DNA of 64,000 nt, taken from the IMG/VR virus record IMGVR_UViG_3300021471_000006, positions 1 through 64,000 of that record; one strand, 5' to 3'. Below the pieces are notes generated by a model that was given only the letters and a program-made list of their open reading frames with translations, made no database searches and was not told the DNA's origin. Positions 10,518 to 20,781 of the stretch are shown piece by piece; positions within the stretch are counted from its first letter, which is position 1, and the number at the start of each line of letters is the position of its first letter. This stretch comes from a virus. The position numbers were made by a program, and so were the translations under genes.

Positions 10518-11420
10518 TTAATCCCATCCATAGCTCCCAATATAGTTGTTTCTAATATGGTCTTGAGTCACCTTTCTTCTGTTAACTCCATATAAACTAT
10601 CATAGTATTTTAAGTCTGAACTAACTTGAAGACCTATTCTATGTGCTAACAGTGTTTCTATTTTATCCAATTTGCTCTTTGCGACTGACAATTCCTTGCT
10701 TGCGGCTCCATCTGCAGTAATATCAACTTGCTCAAGTAATCTAACTATGGTTCTATATAGGCTCAATAAATGATATATTCTCGGTACATAATGTACTTCT
10801 ATATAGTTGTTGTCGGCAAGTGTCGGTCCACCAGAAGCCACAGATAACAATCTAACCATTCCATATCTTAGATTTGTTTTATACCCGTCATCTAAGAAAT
10901 ATTCGTGCATAGTTGTTGTTCCATAAAATACTCTGTCCACTCTATAGATGTTTTCTTCTCCAACATAAAAAGTGTCCTGAAATGTATTATCTATTTTTCC
11001 CTGGACACTCCATGCTGCTTGTATTGGTGTTCCAGATTCAATATAAATCATGTCGTCCACTTCTGTAATCATGTTAAAGATTTCGTCATCTGACCATCTA
11101 CCAGTTGTATTTATTATTTTTTTAACATCATCAACCGTACACAGTCTAATTAATTCCTCAGATGTAACTGGGTCAGAGTCTTCAGACCAAGTAGTACTAC
11201 TGCTATCGTAAAAAGATATTTTATACCAATCAGTTCTTTCCCCATTAACATCTGTATATTCTGTCACCCATATATTTGTAGCATCCTTTGGTTGTCCATC
11301 GCTAGTTGCGGCTATAGTATCTATTGTAGAGTATGTGCCATATAGTGTTGCAGACCTCTTTATTTTTATTTGCGTAACTGTTGTCAGTTCCGGCTCGTTC
11401 CACTCAATGCGTCTAGCCAA
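10518..11420 (-). CDS. Head-tail adaptor/connector protein with an N-terminal Ig/FN3-like domain
   Basis: TTG start after GAGGTGA; LCTVDDVKK motif typical of gp6/gp15-like adaptors; N-terminal beta domain ending WYKISFY. Confidence 0.55.
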   Translation of the reverse strand: MARRIEWNEPELTTVTQIKIKRSATLYGTYSTIDTIAATSDGQPKDATNIWVTEYTDVNGERTDWYKISFYDSSSTTWSEDSDPVTSEELIRLCTVDDVKKIINTTGRWSDDEIFNMITEVDDMIYIESGTPIQAAWSVQGKIDNTFQDTFYVGEENIYRVDRVFYGTTTMHEYFLDDGYKTNLRYGMVRLLSVASGGPTLADNNYIEVHYVPRIYHLLSLYRTIVRLLEQVDITADGAASKELSVAKSKLDKIETLLAHRIGLQVSSDLKYYDSLYGVNRRKVTQDHIRNNYIGSYGWD

Positions 11421-11532
11421 TGTAATCACCTCTTTTAAAGCCTATTTGTCTATCATTTTTAATGTGGCAGTCTCGACAATATGTAATAACATTGTCGACC
11501 TCCCAAAATTTATTATAATTAATTGCCTTCAT
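11413..11532 (-). pseudogene. C-terminal remnant of an HNH endonuclease (39 aa)
   Basis: MKAINYNKFWEVDNVITYCRDCHIK... matches the N-x-x-T-L-C-x-x-C-H half of HNH nucleases; the catalytic His half is missing. Confidence 0.5.
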
Positions 11533-11549
11533 TTTTAATTCCTCTCTGT

Positions 11550-13571
11550 TTATTTTTCGTCGGCATAGTAAACCTTTTTCTTGTAACCCGGTTTTAATAT
11601 TGGCTTAGGCTGTCTTTTGGAGACTTTCTTAAGTTTTGGAGTTACGGTGTCCCCAGCGTTTCTAACTGTAGGTTTATCCAGTTGTTCTTTACTGTCCCTA
11701 AGCTTTGGTTTAGTTATGCCTCCAACTTCTTTAAGTTTTGGTTTGGTAACATAAGCATATTTTACTCCCCTAATTACGGGAATAAATAACTCAGTTACTT
11801 CGCGCCCTTGTAACAAAGCATCAATTGTAAAAGTTTTAGTTAATGGTTTCTTGTAAGTAAGTATTGCATCAACTGTAAAAGATTCTATATTTCTATTGGC
11901 TAAAATAGTGTCTAGTGTGAAAGATTTCTCAAAGATTTCACATATTAAAGAATCCACGTCAAATGTTTTGGTTCCCGCGTTAACTAAGATGGAATCCAGA
12001 GTGACGGCAGTTGACTGTGTTTTTAAAATTAAAGCATCTACACTGAATATTTTACTTGACGAACTTTGAAGTTCTGCATCTATTATAAATGATTTTTCAA
12101 AAGTATCTAACAGAAGAGAGTCCAAATTGAATTCTTTCGTTGGAGACTTTTTAATAAGAGCATCTATGTTAAAAAACTTTTCTTTTCCAGAAGAAATAAT
12201 TACATCGACAGTGAAGCTTTTAGTATGTGGGGCTAATATTAAGCTATCTAAATTAAAGGACTTTAAATTTCTGTCCACTAAAATAGAATCTAGAGTAAAA
12301 TTTTTAGCAAACTTGTCTAATAATAAAGAGGCAATAGAGAACGTCTTGCTAGCTTCAACTGATAATAGGACATCAGCAGTAAAGTCCTTACTGTAAACAT
12401 CTTCAATTAGGGAGTCAATAATGAAAGACTTCTGTGTCTTTTTAATTATCAAAGCGTCTATAGAGAAAGATTTAGTGAATTCTTTAGATAGAAGAGAGTC
12501 TATTGTGAAATCTTTTGAGAATATATCTTGAATTAATGCATCTGTTGTGAATGTTTTAACTATTTCTTCCTCTAATAGAGAATCTACTGTAAATGTCTTG
12601 TCAGTCTCTTTTAAAATCAATGCATCTGTTGTAAATGACTTACTAGCAGTAATTTGTAATGTGCCATCTATAGTAAAATTCTTTGTGAAAGTCTTTTGAA
12701 GTAAGGATTCTAAAGAGAAAGTTTTGGTTGTTTCTTTAAGAATTATAGCATCAACTGTAAAAAATCTCTCTGCTCCAGTAGATAAGATAGCATTAACTGA
12801 GAAGTCTTTAGTAAAACTGTCTTCGACAAGCCCATCAACATCAAAAGTCTTAGTACGTCTATTAACAAGTACGGCATCAACAGAGAAGTTTTTAAGAGAA
12901 GTTTTCTTGAGTAGGCTATCTATTGTAAAAGTATTAAAAAAAGTATCTACTAGTAACGCCCCCATATTAAATGTTTTAGTAGACACATCTAATATTGCTG
13001 CGTCAGCTGTAAAGTTCTTTGATGTCTTCTTTGAAATTAAAGAATCTAAAGTAAATGTTTTAGTGGAAATTTCCTTTAATAATCCATCTGCAGTAAATTC
13101 TTTAGCACGCCTATTAACAAGTATAGAGTCAGTAGTGAATGTTTGGGTCTTTCTATTTATTAATATTGAATCTACTGTAACGGTTTTTGTTCTTCTGTCT
13201 ACTAAGATACTGTCTACTGTAAACGATTTCGTTAATTTATTAACTAATATTGAATCAACGAAAAAACTATTAGTATATGTTTCAAGAAGTAAAGAATCTA
13301 ATGTGAATGTTTTAGTAAATTCGCTAGATATTAAGGCATCGACAGTAAAATTCTTAGTATAAGTATCTGAAAGCAAAGCATCAGCTGTAAGAGTCTTTGA
13401 GTTTACACCAGAAAGTAAAGCATCGATTGTGAAAGTCTTTGTGGTCTCTTTAAGAATAAGTGAGTCTAAAGTAAAACTCTTTGTATAACTATCTCGTAGC
13501 AGTGCATCTATAGAAAACGTTTTAGTGTAACGGACATAAAATAGTCCTGGTGCTGTTCTAGGTGTAGGCAT
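11550..13571 (-). CDS. Repeat protein with ~40 tandem 14-aa units (consensus TKxFTxDxLL); probable fibre/beta-solenoid virion appendage
   Basis: Repeats are directly visible in the translation; basic KPKL-repeat C-terminus. Confidence 0.7.
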   Translation of the reverse strand: MPTPRTAPGLFYVRYTKTFSIDALLRDSYTKSFTLDSLILKETTKTFTIDALLSGVNSKTLTADALLSDTYTKNFTVDALISSEFTKTFTLDSLLLETYTNSFFVDSILVNKLTKSFTVDSILVDRRTKTVTVDSILINRKTQTFTTDSILVNRRAKEFTADGLLKEISTKTFTLDSLISKKTSKNFTADAAILDVSTKTFNMGALLVDTFFNTFTIDSLLKKTSLKNFSVDAVLVNRRTKTFDVDGLVEDSFTKDFSVNAILSTGAERFFTVDAIILKETTKTFSLESLLQKTFTKNFTIDGTLQITASKSFTTDALILKETDKTFTVDSLLEEEIVKTFTTDALIQDIFSKDFTIDSLLSKEFTKSFSIDALIIKKTQKSFIIDSLIEDVYSKDFTADVLLSVEASKTFSIASLLLDKFAKNFTLDSILVDRNLKSFNLDSLILAPHTKSFTVDVIISSGKEKFFNIDALIKKSPTKEFNLDSLLLDTFEKSFIIDAELQSSSSKIFSVDALILKTQSTAVTLDSILVNAGTKTFDVDSLICEIFEKSFTLDTILANRNIESFTVDAILTYKKPLTKTFTIDALLQGREVTELFIPVIRGVKYAYVTKPKLKEVGGITKPKLRDSKEQLDKPTVRNAGDTVTPKLKKVSKRQPKPILKPGYKKKVYYADEK

Positions 13572-13584
13572 CGTATTGTATTAC

Positions 13585-16482
13585 TTATTCTACGGTGACA
13601 TTATAATCTATTTGTTTTCCAACTGGGCTTGCACCGTAATCTGCCCATAAACATATCTCTATATCACTATCTGCCGCAAGACTAGCATGTATGACTTGCG
13701 GAGTTGTACTTAATGTTGTCGCACCTGCAGAAGTATAGTCGTCATCAGCTTTAACTGTTATATCAGTTAAGGTATCATTAATTGAAATTTTAACATCTCC
13801 TGTTGCAGTTCCATTGTTTTGAACTTTAAATAAACAAATACTAGAACCAGCACTTTGGTCTTCTGGTTCATTATTATTAGTATTAGGAGACGCTCTAAAT
13901 GTTATATAATAACTTTGTTTGTAAGTTTCACTAGGTATATAATTGTTCCCGTCATATATAGTCCAATTAGTGTCGGGACCGCCCATTACATTAAAAGTAA
14001 TATAAGGATAAGTTGACTTTTCATTTCCATCGGTATCATTGGCCCATACTCTTGTTAAGTTATAAATGCCTATTTGTGACGTATCTGTAATATTAAATAC
14101 CCATTTATCTGAGCCCGATGAAGTAGAAAGATTCCACCACATTGCTTCTTCCACAACTTCATTAGTGTTTGCTGTGGTTAAAATATCTTCAAAATCAGTA
14201 CCATTATAACAACTCCATGATACCTCAAAAGTTGTTGGAATGTTTGTATAAGACTCTACTCGTAATTGTAAAGGAGTTTCAGACCAACAAGAATTCGGTA
14301 TAGATACATTTGTTTTTCCATTATCATTATCCATAACTTGCCATAAACTAGAATCTGTTGCCGTACTTGGTTTAGTATAGTTTATCCAATAATATGCGAT
14401 ATTTCCATTTGACGCCGCATCATATTCAGTATCTGACCAATCCCCGTTGATTACTTTGTCGCCCCCCAAATTCCAGTTTCCGTTCTGATAATATTTACCT
14501 GTAGATAGACCGCCACATCCAGTTGAAACATTTGCTGTTTCCTGGTAACACGTGGTTGCTTCACCACCACTGCCTTGTAAATTTGTTCCAGTGAAGTTTA
14601 CACGAGTTCCATTTGGATACATAACTTCAAACTTAACTGTATCTATATCATTAGTTGAGTGAGTAACATTTGCGGAACCAGTTACTTGAGTTCCTAGACT
14701 TACAGAAGTCTCATTCCATTGTTCGTCGAAGATGGATGGTAACTCTGGTGAATAGGTTATATTTAAAAAAGGTCTTAATGAAACATCTGTTGTATATTCT
14801 TTTGAATAATAACAATATCCTGCAAGACTTCCAGTTTCAGAATCCAATCTTCCAACAAAACTAACATTTTCTCTGTTTCCATAATCTGTTTTAAGAGCGT
14901 TTGTAACATTCCAAGACCACCAACCAAAAGCATCAACAGTTAAATTATCTTCATGTACCAAATTACAATTAGCAGAATTATCAAAATTTATCCCACACGG
15001 TTGATTGTTATTTGTTATTGTTGTTTCTCCTAATTCATTAGAACCTGTTCCATTTATCCACCCATTATAAACATGATGTATTCGTGTTACTCTTTGACTT
15101 CCTGTATAAGCATAAAGATTAAGACTTGACGCATCAATTTGTTGCCCATCTGGAATTAAAGAAATATTAAATTGAATATAAGAACGATAATCCGAACCAT
15201 AACTATCTAATTGTATACACAACTTTGTCTGTGTACCATAATTATTATTCCCCGTGCCTGGAAAAGTATTTACAACATAAGCATCTTTTAGATTATCAGT
15301 ATCAGCCTCTTGCAAAAATAAAGTATCGCCTTCTCCATCTATACAACACCCATAACTATTAACTTCAATACAATCTCCTGTTTGATTGCTTGTTGGACAT
15401 TTATCAATAGCGTCTATTATTCCATCATTATCTGTATCTGGTTGTGTGTAGGTTATATTTAGATATACTCGATAAGAAACTGTAGCGTGTTCTTTTGAAG
15501 CAAAATAATAAGAATAAGAAGTGCCACTGTCTTCTGTTTGGTCTTTTATCATATAAGTTATGTTGTTAATCAAAACATAAGGAGAAGGAATACTAGAAGT
15601 TACATTAAAAATTGTTGTGCCTCCAACCGCAACATTTGATAATTCTGAGTCGAATAATGTATCATGTGAAGGTTGATTATTCCAAATTATTGACTCTTCA
15701 GTCCACGATGATGAAGCATTATATATATCATATGTTCTTTGTGTTGCTCCGCTTTGACCACAAGTAATTACTAATAGTGCTTCTTTTATCACCATGTCAA
15801 CAGGAATACTTGAAATGTTAAATTTTATAAACGCTCTCTCATTTCTACCTCCTCCAAAATAATATGACCTAATACCCACTAAATCTGAATCGCCAGGGTA
15901 ATTATAAGTTGGATATTGTTCATTAACATAATTGTCATCTAGATTTTCGGTATTTGCATCTTGTAACATAACTGTAGTTGAATTTTCTCCTATGTGTATC
16001 TCATCAGAGAAATTAATGTTTAACTCAACAATATCTAAAGTTTTTTTATCTTTATCTAATTTGATTTTGCTTTTGTTCCCCTCTTCATAAATTTTAATCT
16101 TGTATTTTTTTACTTTGTCTTTAACATCTAATTTAACCCAAGTCAAGTTATAATCCAGACATTCAACATCTGGGTCTGTGGGTTTGTCTTTCTTGACAAT
16201 ACATTTAATAGGACTGTTTTTCAAAGATTTAGCTTTTTCTATTGGCTTACATTTACCATCTGAGTCATTCACCCAGAAAGTTCTTCCAATTATTGTGTTA
16301 TATTTATCTCCAACTTTTCTAACTTGACAATTATCCAGCCATTCAATAGTTTGGGGAACTTCTTTTCCAATAATAACTTTATTAACAATCGAATAAGAAC
16401 CAAATAAAATTAAAATTCCTAGAAATATTTGTAAGAGTATCTTTTTCTTTTCTCTAAAAAATTCTTTAATCGTCTTCAACAT
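13585..16482 (-). CDS. Membrane-anchored/secreted glycoprotein with two DNRLRE (CBM96-like) domains and a TSP3-like Ca-binding motif
   Basis: N-terminal TM helix ILLQIFLGILILFGSYSIV; two repeats of LQxAxTxNLxDxYV...RxxIxFNIS.IP...SKE...R.YLNITY; DTDNDGIIDAIDKCP; many N-x-S/T sequons. Confidence 0.7.
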   Translation of the reverse strand: MLKTIKEFFREKKKILLQIFLGILILFGSYSIVNKVIIGKEVPQTIEWLDNCQVRKVGDKYNTIIGRTFWVNDSDGKCKPIEKAKSLKNSPIKCIVKKDKPTDPDVECLDYNLTWVKLDVKDKVKKYKIKIYEEGNKSKIKLDKDKKTLDIVELNINFSDEIHIGENSTTVMLQDANTENLDDNYVNEQYPTYNYPGDSDLVGIRSYYFGGGRNERAFIKFNISSIPVDMVIKEALLVITCGQSGATQRTYDIYNASSSWTEESIIWNNQPSHDTLFDSELSNVAVGGTTIFNVTSSIPSPYVLINNITYMIKDQTEDSGTSYSYYFASKEHATVSYRVYLNITYTQPDTDNDGIIDAIDKCPTSNQTGDCIEVNSYGCCIDGEGDTLFLQEADTDNLKDAYVVNTFPGTGNNNYGTQTKLCIQLDSYGSDYRSYIQFNISLIPDGQQIDASSLNLYAYTGSQRVTRIHHVYNGWINGTGSNELGETTITNNNQPCGINFDNSANCNLVHEDNLTVDAFGWWSWNVTNALKTDYGNRENVSFVGRLDSETGSLAGYCYYSKEYTTDVSLRPFLNITYSPELPSIFDEQWNETSVSLGTQVTGSANVTHSTNDIDTVKFEVMYPNGTRVNFTGTNLQGSGGEATTCYQETANVSTGCGGLSTGKYYQNGNWNLGGDKVINGDWSDTEYDAASNGNIAYYWINYTKPSTATDSSLWQVMDNDNGKTNVSIPNSCWSETPLQLRVESYTNIPTTFEVSWSCYNGTDFEDILTTANTNEVVEEAMWWNLSTSSGSDKWVFNITDTSQIGIYNLTRVWANDTDGNEKSTYPYITFNVMGGPDTNWTIYDGNNYIPSETYKQSYYITFRASPNTNNNEPEDQSAGSSICLFKVQNNGTATGDVKISINDTLTDITVKADDDYTSAGATTLSTTPQVIHASLAADSDIEICLWADYGASPVGKQIDYNVTVE

Positions 16483-16858
16483 TTAATGTTTCCTCGGGTA
16501 GAAAAATTATTGATTCAAAGGGGTGCTCTTCTTTAAATCTATCTAATACTTCAACTCGTCCATCTTCGAAGAGAAATGATAGACTTTGAACATTTACTCC
16601 ACGTCTTCGTTCTTGCCAGCCTACCAGCCAGACTATTTCTTTTATTTTACTAAACATATTCATAGCTATACGTTTTCTACAAATTAGTTTCTTGTTTTTA
16701 TCTAAATGTATAACTACTTTTGGTTTATCGTCTTGATAAAGAATGAATTTAGAAAGTTCGTCTCGTCTAATATCGAGATATTTGTTTTCTGTGCCATCTT
16801 TGTTAAACTGTGGAAGACTAGTCCCATCAATATAGAAGGCTTTCCAATATGTTCTCAT
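16466..16858 (-). CDS. Hypothetical protein
   Basis: 130-aa ORF with GGTGA SD, overlapping the next gene. Confidence 0.6.
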   Translation of the reverse strand: MRTYWKAFYIDGTSLPQFNKDGTENKYLDIRRDELSKFILYQDDKPKVVIHLDKNKKLICRKRIAMNMFSKIKEIVWLVGWQERRRGVNVQSLSFLFEDGRVEVLDRFKEEHPFESIIFLPEETLNVEDD

Positions 16859-16983
16859 TTTGTCTCACCCGAAAAATATAATATCATTGTATTGAATCTC
16901 TCTCATTGTATTGAAAAAAAATTAAAACCTAACATTATCCCAAACGGGATAATATTAGATACTTAATTCAGTTCTGTTCTAAC

Positions 16984-17577
16984 TCAGATTTCATCATATT
17001 GCCATGTAAGGGTCTCAGCATTTAGTGCACCGGCACTAGCATTGGAACCGACTGACATCTGCAATACAACATAGTTTGTTGTTTCGTTTTCTGCATCTAT
17101 TTGGTTGCTTGCCTCACTAATTGAAACACTTAGTGGCGAACCACTAGTATATCCAAAGATATCTGCTACATTAGATATTCCTGAATGTGCACTTCCACCA
17201 TACCACATCGGGTCTCCGGAAACATTTACAATACCAGTAGCAACTTCATATCCAGCATCTGACCCACTGTTTTTAGTAGGAAACGCTGTTCCAACCCACA
17301 AATCTACATCTGTTCCAAATCCATTAGAACCATCAGAGTATAATTTTACATTATCTATTTTGGTTGTGGGAGCCGTTGAACAAAACAAATATACTTGTTT
17401 CCAATAACTATAAGTAGTTCCCGATGCAGGAACAGGCAATGGATTATTTGTATCTATGTTTATATTGTCGTCTGTTTTAAATCTTAAATTGGGACTATCA
17501 CTGGATGTATCATATGTTGACCCAGGAGAGGTATCTGTACCACCAACATCCCAATAAACTTTCATAGTTGCCGCAAT
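16984..17577 (-). CDS. Virion structural protein (beta-sandwich); probable non-canonical ATT start
   Basis: SYWKQVYL...TKIDNVKLYSDG and ETLTWQYDEI motifs of a viral structural family; GGAGGAG SD lies 6 nt upstream of an in-frame ATT (17577), not the ATG at 17565. Confidence 0.6.
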   Translation of the reverse strand: MAATMKVYWDVGGTDTSPGSTYDTSSDSPNLRFKTDDNINIDTNNPLPVPASGTTYSYWKQVYLFCSTAPTTKIDNVKLYSDGSNGFGTDVDLWVGTAFPTKNSGSDAGYEVATGIVNVSGDPMWYGGSAHSGISNVADIFGYTSGSPLSVSISEASNQIDAENETTNYVVLQMSVGSNASAGALNAETLTWQYDEI

Positions 17578-17744
17578 TTTAATCTCCTCCTTAATTTTTA
17601 ATTTAATTAGTTATTGTATTAACCCTAACTTTGTACTATTCTTTATTTTATATAACAAAATGTTCTCCTATATAAGCTTTTCGTTTTCTAGTAATTTCAT
17701 AATATTTAAATCTTTCGTTTTTGGACACAAAAAAAATAATGGGA

Positions 17745-18119
17745 CTATACATCTGCCCCATAATAATCTACATATCCACTGACTACTATATCTACTCCAG
17801 TTCCTGCCGCACTAGCATATATTCCTCTACTTTCACCAGTAGATGAAATTGCAGAAATTGGATATGGTAGTTCCCAGTGGAAATTATGAGCCGAATTTGC
17901 TGGTAGATTAAATTTTATGTCTTTCTCTTCTCCACCCTGTCCAGATATTCTCATAGTTCTAGCCGTACCACCAACACTAACTTTAAGGTCTGTAATTCTA
18001 ACTCTTTTTCTTAAACTTGCTGCAGCTGTTCCGAATTCTGGAACTATATACTGAGCAGTCGTATCTAGAGCCGATGCATAATGAAATTCTGGAACTTCAT
18101 TTCTTCCTATACTTACCAT
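17745..18119 (-). CDS. Putative virion structural/decoration protein
   Basis: 124 aa, beta-rich, ends DIVVSGY; in the head operon. Confidence 0.45.
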   Translation of the reverse strand: MVSIGRNEVPEFHYASALDTTAQYIVPEFGTAAASLRKRVRITDLKVSVGGTARTMRISGQGGEEKDIKFNLPANSAHNFHWELPYPISAISSTGESRGIYASAAGTGVDIVVSGYVDYYGADV

Positions 18120-18136
18120 TTTTCTACTCCTCCGTA

Positions 18137-18334
18137 TTAAGCGTGACCTACATTAGTAGCTCCAACATTTCCAGCACCGGCTTTACCTTTTTTTAAGTTC
18201 TTTCTTACTGAATATGGTTCGCCTGTCTGACCTTCAATGTTAGAGTCTATAACTTTTCCCTCGAATGGAGAATCAACTTTCGTTTCCTTTACTTTCTCCC
18301 ATGTATCTTGAATGTTCTTTTTATTTTTTGCCAT
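18137..18334 (-). CDS. Small hypothetical protein
   Basis: 65-aa ORF in the head operon. Confidence 0.5.
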   Translation of the reverse strand: MAKNKKNIQDTWEKVKETKVDSPFEGKVIDSNIEGQTGEPYSVRKNLKKGKAGAGNVGATNVGHA

Positions 18335-18342
18335 TTTAACCC

Positions 18343-18546
18343 CTATTTCTTTTTTTTCAAGCTCGGATATTTCCTATATACTGCTGCCCTCACTCTTCTT
18401 TTTTCACTTGGTGTTCCAAATGCAGCTACCCTGGCTAATGCATTTCTGGCATGAGCTATATCGTGTATAGGATATTTTCTCTTCTCTGGAATGGCAAAAG
18501 ACCTTTTTCTAAGTCTTTTTCTTTTTTTATATGTAAGTTTTGCCAT
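18343..18546 (-). CDS. Small highly basic viral protein (FAIPEKRKYPIHDxxHARNALAR family)
   Basis: Motif recurrent in phage head regions; very K/R rich. Confidence 0.6.
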   Translation of the reverse strand: MAKLTYKKRKRLRKRSFAIPEKRKYPIHDIAHARNALARVAAFGTPSEKRRVRAAVYRKYPSLKKKK

Positions 18547-18633
18547 TTTTATTTACCTCTGAATTTGTCTTTTATTTTTAGCCATATATATCCCAATGAT
18601 AACTTAACTACTTTTATTTCACTAGGTATTTTT

Positions 18634-19824
18634 TCACTTGAACTTTGGTTTTTCATTTTTCACTCGTGTTTTTTCATTCGCTAACTCTTTTAAAACATCA
18701 TCGCCTCTACCAGATTCCAAAGACTTTCTTCGAATCGGTTCGTTATTAAATTTATCTCCCTTAAGTGCTTCTTTGAGAGACAGTAGGAAGCGTTCCTTTG
18801 AGTTAGTATGATTATAAAACTCACTATTCTTTTTTGCAGTAGTAACCACTTTACTATAAAACTCTTTATCATTTAATAATTTTCTTATTAACTTTCTTGC
18901 AGTATGAACATCATACGGGTCTACCAATGTATATGGATAACATACTTGCATGCTTTGTGTTCTATTTGAACCAACAACCGCCACGCCCATAGCTGCCGTA
19001 TCAACAGTTGCTCTACTATAACTGTGAAATGTAAATGGGTCAACTACTATCTTACTTTCTCTCAATTGGTCACAAAAGTCGAAAAAGTTAGTTCCCGAAA
19101 ATACGTAATCATATAGTGTTGTAGTTAAATGTGTTTTTGGGTCTATCTTTTGGTCATAACCAATTAATTGTGTAGTCAAACCGTGGTTTCTAACCATTAA
19201 ACTTGGTATATAAACATGATTATCATATCTTCTCCAAATCACGCTAATAACATTTTTCTTTGGTATTGGCATTAAAGACTTGAGTCTTCTAATATCTGCT
19301 GGATGTGGTATAATAAATACTTTTCTCCCAGCCAATTCCGCAACTGCAGTCGTTTGAAAATATTCTGTTCCAAATAACATATCTGGATATTGTAATTCTC
19401 TACCAATAGTGGTTGGATAGAGAAAACTTCTACCCCACATTTCTGTAGTGTAGTCGTTATTCATTATAAGTTTTGTCTTTGAATTGTCTCCTATAAGTTT
19501 TCTAATATCTCCAGCAAGATGAACATCTTGTGCGGACATATTTATATGTACTATATCATAATAGTTATAGTCTTCTACATCTCTAGGTAATTTGACATCT
19601 CCTTTAAAGACATTAAGCCATTGATATAGGCCAGTTCTAGTGACCTCTTCTTCTAATAATTGCTTATGAATGTAGTTTGTAACTAAAAGATATTTAATCT
19701 CTTTACTGGGTTTTCCAAAAAGTTCCTGACTTAAATCCTCTATTCTTTCTTTTTGTTCTTTAGTACTATTACTTGGCTCAACAAGCTCTACTCTACTGTC
19801 TCTTGGTTCTTTTTCTTTTTCCAT
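18634..19824 (-). CDS. GT-B fold glycosyltransferase inside the head gene cluster
   Basis: C-terminal SYSRATVDTAAMGVAVVGSN resembles the GT4 E-A-x-A-x-G-x-P-V motif; IIPHP motif. Confidence 0.65.
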   Translation of the reverse strand: MEKEKEPRDSRVELVEPSNSTKEQKERIEDLSQELFGKPSKEIKYLLVTNYIHKQLLEEEVTRTGLYQWLNVFKGDVKLPRDVEDYNYYDIVHINMSAQDVHLAGDIRKLIGDNSKTKLIMNNDYTTEMWGRSFLYPTTIGRELQYPDMLFGTEYFQTTAVAELAGRKVFIIPHPADIRRLKSLMPIPKKNVISVIWRRYDNHVYIPSLMVRNHGLTTQLIGYDQKIDPKTHLTTTLYDYVFSGTNFFDFCDQLRESKIVVDPFTFHSYSRATVDTAAMGVAVVGSNRTQSMQVCYPYTLVDPYDVHTARKLIRKLLNDKEFYSKVVTTAKKNSEFYNHTNSKERFLLSLKEALKGDKFNNEPIRRKSLESGRGDDVLKELANEKTRVKNEKPKFK

Positions 19825-20235
19825 TCAATCTCACCTGCCTTATCTTTTAAAGCCATTTTTTCTTCTTTTTTTTAGTTCGTTTTTTCTTTCTCTTTGGCTT
19901 TGGTTCTTCATATGCCGTCTCTACAACCGCCTCTGGCTCGGGTTCTGGTTCCGGCTCAGGTTCTGGTTCTGTTTTAGCGAAGTAACCCACATGATTTATT
20001 TTTTGGTCGAAACTCATTTTACACCTCTTAAAAAAATAAAAATAGGTACAAATGTACCTATATATTTAAACAAACGGTTCCTTTCCTTTCTCGCCCTTTT
20101 TGTTTGGTCTAATGGTTTCTGAAGGCTCTTGTCGTCCCTCTAGACCACTATCAACAACAGGACCCGAAAGTCCCGGATTTCCTTTTTGTTCTGCCAGTTT
20201 CTTTGTCGGATAATCAGCCATTCTAATCACCCCAC

Positions 20236-20781
20236 CTACTGTACTCTAGATAGCCATACAATATTGAATGTACTACCTTCAGACAGTCCCGATAGACTGA
20301 CCGAATCGTATGTTTTATCGACAGTCAACGCTGTTGTTGCATAATTTAAACCAACTTGTGCAGTCAATATATCTGAAGCTGCATCAATTTGATACGGCAA
20401 TCCAACTACATCTCTCCAACCAATATTGACATCGGTTGATTTATGTAGTGCATCATCCGGAACTATGCTGTATATTTTCGCAAATGAGTTATTTGTATAA
20501 CTATAAGCGTCTGCTGATGTACCATTAGTAGATGAAACATAAACAGTCTCTTGTATCCAATTTCCCTTTGCGTCCCAGCCTTTGAATATCAGTCCATCTC
20601 CAGCTGCACCATCAGCTGTACCAGCTGCAACTGCATGAACACTAAGTTCTACAGCATAAGGTGGCTGAACTGAAAAAGCCGTATTATACTTTACAGCTGT
20701 ACCTGCACTAACATCCCACGCTTCCAGTATTGCAGTGGATGAAACTCCACGAAAATATGGAATTGTGTACGAGACCGGCAT
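20236..20781 (-). CDS. Putative capsid decoration/minor head protein
   Basis: Likely start MPVSYTIPY after GAGG; Ala/Gly/Thr-rich beta protein two genes downstream of the MCP. Confidence 0.5.
   Translation of the reverse strand: MPVSYTIPYFRGVSSTAILEAWDVSAGTAVKYNTAFSVQPPYAVELSVHAVAAGTADGAAGDGLIFKGWDAKGNWIQETVYVSSTNGTSADAYSYTNNSFAKIYSIVPDDALHKSTDVNIGWRDVVGLPYQIDAASDILTAQVGLNYATTALTVDKTYDSVSLSGLSEGSTFNIVWLSRVQ

Noticed and set aside
11550-13571. 42-bp periodicity as a DNA repeat array or DGR target
   Set aside because: Periodicity is at the protein level with diverged codons; no reverse transcriptase and no adenine-specific TR/VR pair seen
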